A stretch of 10,859 nucleotides of DNA, from assembly GCA_963710755.1 (NCBI GenBank), contig CAVQBK010000010.1, positions 1-10,859 on the forward strand. Reading direction: 5' to 3'. The position numbers and the translations under genes were made by a program. The DNA comes from an uncultured bacterium. GTDB lineage: Bacteria > Oederibacteriota > JAAXVQ01 > JAUVAV01. Under the pieces are notes generated by a model. The model searched no databases and was not told the DNA's origin. It worked only from the letters and a program-made list of their open reading frames with translations. Below, one piece after another: positions 6,509-10,859 of this stretch (its first letter is position 1; the number at the start of each line of letters is the position of its first letter).

Positions 6509-8500
6509 CTATCTTGTTTTCCTATAAAACCACCGCTGATTGGCTAATGCCCCAGCGGCTGCCGGGGGGGGATAAACGGCAAAATGCCTGGATTGACCCT
6601 CATAGAGGTGATAGACCTTGACCGGTCCGTCGCTATAAACAACTTCTCCCTCCTGGACCAGCAGAGCTTTCATAAGCGCCTTGGCTTGAGGCGCGTAATA
6701 ATCCTTGGTATAGAGATCCTCGCGGTATAGCACCCAGGCAATGTGATGGTCGCGCAGGGTTGCGGCCAGCTCAGGTTTTGTTTTCAAGGTTCTGAAATTA
6801 ATGACTTTTTGCATCAGCGGATCGCCCCAAAGATAAGGCTTGTCCAGATAAAATCCCCGGTTTTCGCCGAAGAGCAAGACCTTTTCTCCCGGCCCCATGG
6901 CTTGGTTCAGAAAACGGCAGGCTTGATAGTGTTCCAGATGGCGGCTCAAGTAGGTTGCGGGGCTGACCGCTCCGAATAATATTTTTAACTGCAGCGGTGT
7001 ATCCCAGTGGATTGGAGGATGAAAAGCCACCAGGCCCAAGGGCAGCGCCAGCAAAGACCACCGCCGCCAACCAGCAAGCGCCTGCCACAGCTGCTTTAAA
7101 CCACCCATGGCGGCCAAGGCCCATAGGGGAAGCAAGGGCAATAAAAACCGGAATTGCGGTGAGCTGAGAAACCAAAAAACGAGGTAGCTTGCTATCAAGA
7201 CCCCCATGGCGATCGCCCATAAGGAGTCGCGGTGCTGAGACGCTCGGGCTGGGGGTTGCCTGTGCCGCGCCAGCCAGACGCCTAAGGCAATCACCAAACT
7301 GGCCATAAGGGGCCAGCGAAAGGCTTCAGCGCCGATACTGAAGGCCGAGGTATGCGCCAGAAAGTCCCAGGGCAGACGCCATAGCCCTGACCACCCCTGC
7401 ACCCAGCCCGCGTAGTGGCGGCTCATATCAACCACCGCCCTGCCAATGGCGCTGTCCCAATAGGGCCCTCCAAACAGGCCATAAGCCAGGGGCCATAAAG
7501 GATTGCCCGTAAAGATTAGATTGCGGATCATATAAGGCGCGATGGGCAATACCCCGAGCGCGCCCCATGCGATGAGTTTTCCCACCACTTTGGGCCAAGG
7601 AGGTCTCCCGGCGCTGGTCACCAAGGTCACGGCCACAGCCAGCCAGCCCAGGGCAAGAATAACCAGGCCATGCCATTTACTGGCAGCGGTCATGCCAAAA
7701 AAGAACAGGGCCAGCGGCGGCCATAGCCCCACACCCCCATCTTTAGCCATGTTAAGCAAGGCCATTAACGCCAGCACCACATAAAAGGTGAGGCCCAGTT
7801 CAATAAAGGTCGTCCCAGACTCAAGATGAACAATGTATTGCGCGTAAAACAACACCCCCGCGCCAGCGGCCCAGCGCCGGTCCAGTTTGAGTTTGCGCCC
7901 CAGCACATAAACCGCCACAGCGCACAGCAGGGCCAGTTCCACATTAAGCACTTTGGCCGCCTGACCGGCGGGGCTGGCCAAGCCCAAGGCAAATAACATG
8001 TCCATGGCTTGGGGAAAAAGATTATGAAAAATATCGGGACGAAAGATAAAACCGCCGTGCTGAAGATAAATCTTGAGCAAGGCCAAATGATAAGCCAGAC
8101 CATCCCAATCAGTGGAGGGCATCAAGGCCGGCAGCAGATTAAGCAAGGCCAGCATTAAGCCCGCCAGGGCTAGCCCCCAAAAGCCCTGGCCGCGCCGCGC
8201 CAGCCCTTCCAAAAAAATCCAAAGCTGTTGACGCCCTTGCCAGGCCAAGGCCAAGCCAAACAGATACCACAAAACAAGCAAGATTGCCAAAGCGGTCAGA
8301 GAAAATTGCCGGGCTGCCATTAAGGCGAAAACCGTAAAGGAAAAAAGGGCCAGACCCAAGCCCGTACCGGTTAAAAGGGCTTCCAAATCAAGGGTCTGCC
8401 CGCGCCCCAGGCTTTTTAAGCAAGTCCATCCCATGATGGCCGCTGCCAGAACAACCGCTTCAACTGCCGCCACCGTGATCAAAGAAAATAATAAATACAT
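6509..8500 (-). CDS. GT-C fold integral membrane glycosyltransferase (ArnT/PMT/GT39-like, lipid-carrier dependent)
   Basis: Many TM segments. Acidic first external loop PSTDWDGLAYHLAL...FPQAMDML; also ASKWHG, PYMIRN..FTGNPLWP and QFRFLLPLLP. Soluble C-terminal domain (CRFLN....PGEKVLLFGE.RGFYL...L....IAWVL...VY..G.VKVY.L). The preferred start is ATG 8500 (AGGA 8 nt upstream); ATG 8572, one base after the upstream stop, is the alternative. Confidence 0.75.
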   Translation of the reverse strand: MYLLFSLITVAAVEAVVLAAAIMGWTCLKSLGRGQTLDLEALLTGTGLGLALFSFTVFALMAARQFSLTALAILLVLWYLFGLALAWQGRQQLWIFLEGLARRGQGFWGLALAGLMLALLNLLPALMPSTDWDGLAYHLALLKIYLQHGGFIFRPDIFHNLFPQAMDMLFALGLASPAGQAAKVLNVELALLCAVAVYVLGRKLKLDRRWAAGAGVLFYAQYIVHLESGTTFIELGLTFYVVLALMALLNMAKDGGVGLWPPLALFFFGMTAASKWHGLVILALGWLAVAVTLVTSAGRPPWPKVVGKLIAWGALGVLPIAPYMIRNLIFTGNPLWPLAYGLFGGPYWDSAIGRAVVDMSRHYAGWVQGWSGLWRLPWDFLAHTSAFSIGAEAFRWPLMASLVIALGVWLARHRQPPARASQHRDSLWAIAMGVLIASYLVFWFLSSPQFRFLLPLLPLWALAAMGGLKQLWQALAGWRRWSLLALPLGLVAFHPPIHWDTPLQLKILFGAVSPATYLSRHLEHYQACRFLNQAMGPGEKVLLFGENRGFYLDKPYLWGDPLMQKVINFRTLKTKPELAATLRDHHIAWVLYREDLYTKDYYAPQAKALMKALLVQEGEVVYSDGPVKVYHLYEGQSRHFAVYPPPAAAGALANQRWFYRKTR

Positions 8501-8530
8501 ATGCCCTGTCCTGTCTGTAAAGAATTTATC

Positions 8531-8560
8531 CCATCCGCCGCGATTAACCCCGGCGCATGG
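8531..8560. repeat. Imperfect 30-nt palindrome between the radical SAM and GT-C genes
   Basis: CCAT-C-CGCCG-C-GATTAACC-C-CGGCG-C-ATGG. CCAT/ATGG and CGCCG/CGGCG pair, with two symmetric mismatches. Confidence 0.55.
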
Positions 8561-8573
8561 CCATCCCCTCATT

Positions 8574-9959
8574 TCAAGGCGCCATCAGGATCCAATGATA
8601 AAAACGCTTGGCCAAATATTTCAAATGCTTCAGCGATTTGATCTTGGAAATATTTTTCAGAAACACCTTGGGCCTTAAATAAAATTTCAGAAAAGCCTTG
8701 CGTTGCAGTTGTTTTAATTCCGCACGCGTCATGCCTTCCGGCGCGTAGGACGCGGAGGTAAAATTGGCGCTGCCCGGCGCCAGTGCCTGCAGTTCACCCC
8801 GTTTTCGGAGGTCTTCAAAAACCGGTGTGCCCGGAAGAGGCAGAAAATCAAAATAATTGGCGCGGATTAGGGGCAGCTCGAGAGAAAAAGCAATGGTCTG
8901 TTCAATTTCCGCGCGCTGTTCCCCGGGATAGCCGATGACAAAAAAACCGGCCATATCAATGCGGTGACGATGAATCAAGCCGATCTTCTCCCGGATTTGA
9001 GCAATGGCCAGATGTTTGTCGATTAATTTCAATACCCGGTCGGTGCCGGCCTCGATCCCCAGGGAAATGAGGTACACCCCGCTATGACTCATCAGGTCCA
9101 GCAGCTCGTCGTCCACGGTTTCGATCCTGATGCCATTGGGAAAAGCCAGGCTGAGATCCAGTTTCAAGTCAATAATGGCTTGCAGCACTTTTTTGGCATG
9201 CACTTTTTTGATGGAAAAATTGTCGTCCACAATATGAAATTCCCGGATGCCCCGTTCGCGGTAAAGCAGCAGGATTTCCCGGATAATGTTTTCCTGGCTG
9301 CGGGTCCTCACTTTTTTCCCGCTTAATACCGGGGCTGAACAGAAGCGGCAGCCGTAAGGGCAGCCGCGGGTGGTGATCATAGGCGCGATGGGATACTTTT
9401 CAAAAAACGCGCCGTGCTGGGCCGGCGGATAGGTTTCCGGCTTCAGTAAATGCCAGGCCGGCAGGGGCAGGTCATCCAAGTTGTCCACCAAAGCCGGTTC
9501 CATACCCTGCACCACTTCCCCTGCCCTACGCCAGATCAGGCCGGGGATGCTCTCCAGCCGGGGCTGTGGCTTTTGCAATTCATTCACCAGCTGAAGCAAG
9601 CTGTATTCCGCTTCCCCCCTTAAGACAAAATCAATCAGCGGGCTTAGGCCCGCTGTTTCCAAAGGCAGCATGGTGGGATGAGGTCCGCCTACCACGGTGA
9701 TGATACGGTCCTCATAACGTTTGATTTCTTCGACCAAATTTTTCACCTGGTTCAGGTCCTGGGTATAGCATTGCAAGCCGATCACGTCATAGTGTCTGCC
9801 CTTAAGATAGGGCGTGATCCGGGACTGGTGCGCTTTCATCATATCCAGGATCTCCACATGATGGGCCGGCGCCAGCATGGCCGCCAGATAGGCCAGGCCA
9901 ATAGGGGGCTGGATGTGATCGCTCATGAGGTTGAGAGGTTTGACCAGTAAAATGTCCAT
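8574..9959 (-). CDS. Cobalamin (B12)-binding radical SAM protein (class B methyltransferase-like)
   Basis: N-terminal B12-binding domain (MDILLVKP...PPIGLAYLAA...VVGGPHPT...DFVLRGEAE). Radical SAM cluster motif TRGCPYGCRFC, then VDDNF, LGIEAG, FFVIGYPGE and PLPGTP. Start is ATG 9959 or TTG 9977; neither has a clear SD. Confidence 0.93.
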   Translation of the reverse strand: MDILLVKPLNLMSDHIQPPIGLAYLAAMLAPAHHVEILDMMKAHQSRITPYLKGRHYDVIGLQCYTQDLNQVKNLVEEIKRYEDRIITVVGGPHPTMLPLETAGLSPLIDFVLRGEAEYSLLQLVNELQKPQPRLESIPGLIWRRAGEVVQGMEPALVDNLDDLPLPAWHLLKPETYPPAQHGAFFEKYPIAPMITTRGCPYGCRFCSAPVLSGKKVRTRSQENIIREILLLYRERGIREFHIVDDNFSIKKVHAKKVLQAIIDLKLDLSLAFPNGIRIETVDDELLDLMSHSGVYLISLGIEAGTDRVLKLIDKHLAIAQIREKIGLIHRHRIDMAGFFVIGYPGEQRAEIEQTIAFSLELPLIRANYFDFLPLPGTPVFEDLRKRGELQALAPGSANFTSASYAPEGMTRAELKQLQRKAFLKFYLRPKVFLKNISKIKSLKHLKYLAKRFYHWILMAP

Positions 9960-9994
9960 CGGTTGGTTTAAAAGCAAAGACCCTAAGGTCTTGC

Positions 9995-10859
9995 TCAGCT
10001 TTTAAGCTCCTTTCGGGAAGACGCTCTTTCCGACAGGCTGATGGCCAGAATCAGGGTCACCACCAGACCCACGGCCCATACCATTTCTCCCATGGTCATG
10101 CCATCGCCCAGACTGGGAAAAAGACTGGGACTAAAACCGATCATAGTATACAGTTTGATCTTGGGTGCAAGATAGCGCAGCATGGGCCAGGCCGCACAGA
10201 GCCACACCTGGGCAATGGTTAAAAACAGGAGGATCAGGCTTGCTGTTTTCTTCCATCCGCCCAGCTGCCACCACTGTTTGATCCCCATCACTGCGGGAAT
10301 CAGGAGCATCACCGGCACAGGCATAAAATTTCGTGAACAGATGGCCGCACTGCCTGTAAAATCATCGAAAAGACTATACAACAAAAACTCGGATGCGCCC
10401 ACGGCCAAAATGATCCAAAAGGCCGATGCCTTTAAACTTTTAAGCTGCCTCAGGCCCGCCACGGAGAGCACCAGCATGGGCGCCGAGGGCACCAAGCCGA
10501 AATCGCGGTCCACCAGCAGTCCCAGGGCATTGCCTAATCCGCGCCAGGATAACAGAGGATGAAAAGCGCCATATGGATTTTGACTCACCGTCAGGCCGTA
10601 GAAGTGCTGGTAAAAAATGGTGTAGGCCGCGGCCGTAAGCACGGTCGGCGCCATCATGATGACCAATTGCCAAGGGTGCTTTCTCAGGCTCACCACCAGC
10701 AAGATCCCCAGTACCAAAGACAAAGGGATGTACTTGGGATAAAACCACGGCAGCAGACAAGCTGCGGCCAGCAGCAGCCAGGACCACCTCCCCCGGCCTT
10801 TATAAAAAGCCAGCAAGCCGGTTAAAAAAACCGCCATGGCCGGCAGCTCCGTAAAAACC
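9995..10859 (-). CDS. Multi-pass membrane protein, probable second GT-C glycosyltransferase; partial, start lies beyond the right edge
   Basis: The frame stays open upstream of the Met at 10837 to the window edge (VFTELPA-MAV...). Motifs F.E.PA, LLPWFYPKY, GLLVDRDFGLV..AP and SRNFMPV.V.L resemble GT-C-like membrane proteins. About 8 hydrophobic segments in the visible part. Confidence 0.6.
   Translation of the reverse strand, partial: VFTELPAMAVFLTGLLAFYKGRGRWSWLLLAAACLLPWFYPKYIPLSLVLGILLVVSLRKHPWQLVIMMAPTVLTAAAYTIFYQHFYGLTVSQNPYGAFHPLLSWRGLGNALGLLVDRDFGLVPSAPMLVLSVAGLRQLKSLKASAFWIILAVGASEFLLYSLFDDFTGSAAICSRNFMPVPVMLLIPAVMGIKQWWQLGGWKKTASLILLFLTIAQVWLCAAWPMLRYLAPKIKLYTMIGFSPSLFPSLGDGMTMGEMVWAVGLVVTLILAISLSERASSRKELKS

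Noticed and set aside
4440-6510. Calling the AT-rich block a mobile element
   Set aside because: No integrase, transposase, terminal repeats or target-site duplication were seen; composition is the only evidence.
6564-6571. G8 homopolymer (C8 on the coding strand) as a phase-variation tract
   Set aside because: It is within the last ~20 codons of the GT-C, after the apparent end of the folded domain, so slippage would not switch the gene off.
8574-9959. Assigning hpnP, hpnJ or bchE to the radical SAM gene, or arnT to the GT-C
   Set aside because: Only family-level motifs are visible, and no hopanoid, bacteriochlorophyll or arn genes are present in the window.
9-10825. All plus-strand ORFs and the short alternative-frame minus-strand ORFs in the track (e.g. 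594-1136, 3728-4189, 6798-7220, 10182-10562)
   Set aside because: They overlap well-supported genes, show no recognisable motifs and are the expected shadow ORFs of GC-rich coding DNA.

Overview
All supported genes lie on the minus strand and look like part of a bacterial cell-surface glycan or glycoprotein locus. In transcription order: a partial multi-pass GT-C-like membrane protein, a cobalamin-binding radical SAM enzyme, a large GT-C (ArnT/PMT-like) membrane glycosyltransferase, a CxxC/CxxC class I SAM methyltransferase, a ~930-aa secreted double beta-propeller protein, a Wzx-type flippase and a partial GT2 glycosyltransferase. The GT2 is missing from the ORF track because it runs off the left edge. 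The secreted protein has a signal peptide, 6 NHL blades, an IPT/TIG domain, 7 FG-GAP-like blades, a Pro/Thr linker and a T9SS/FlgD-like C-terminal domain. The methyltransferase and the 5' part of the secreted-protein gene form a clearly AT-richer block, preceded by a sigma70-like promoter and a structured, terminator-like leader. The most interesting hypothesis, which is inference only, is a lipid-carrier-dependent, methyl-tailored glycosylation or anchoring system encoded beside its own CTD-tagged substrate. I saw no RNA genes, CRISPR arrays or transposases.
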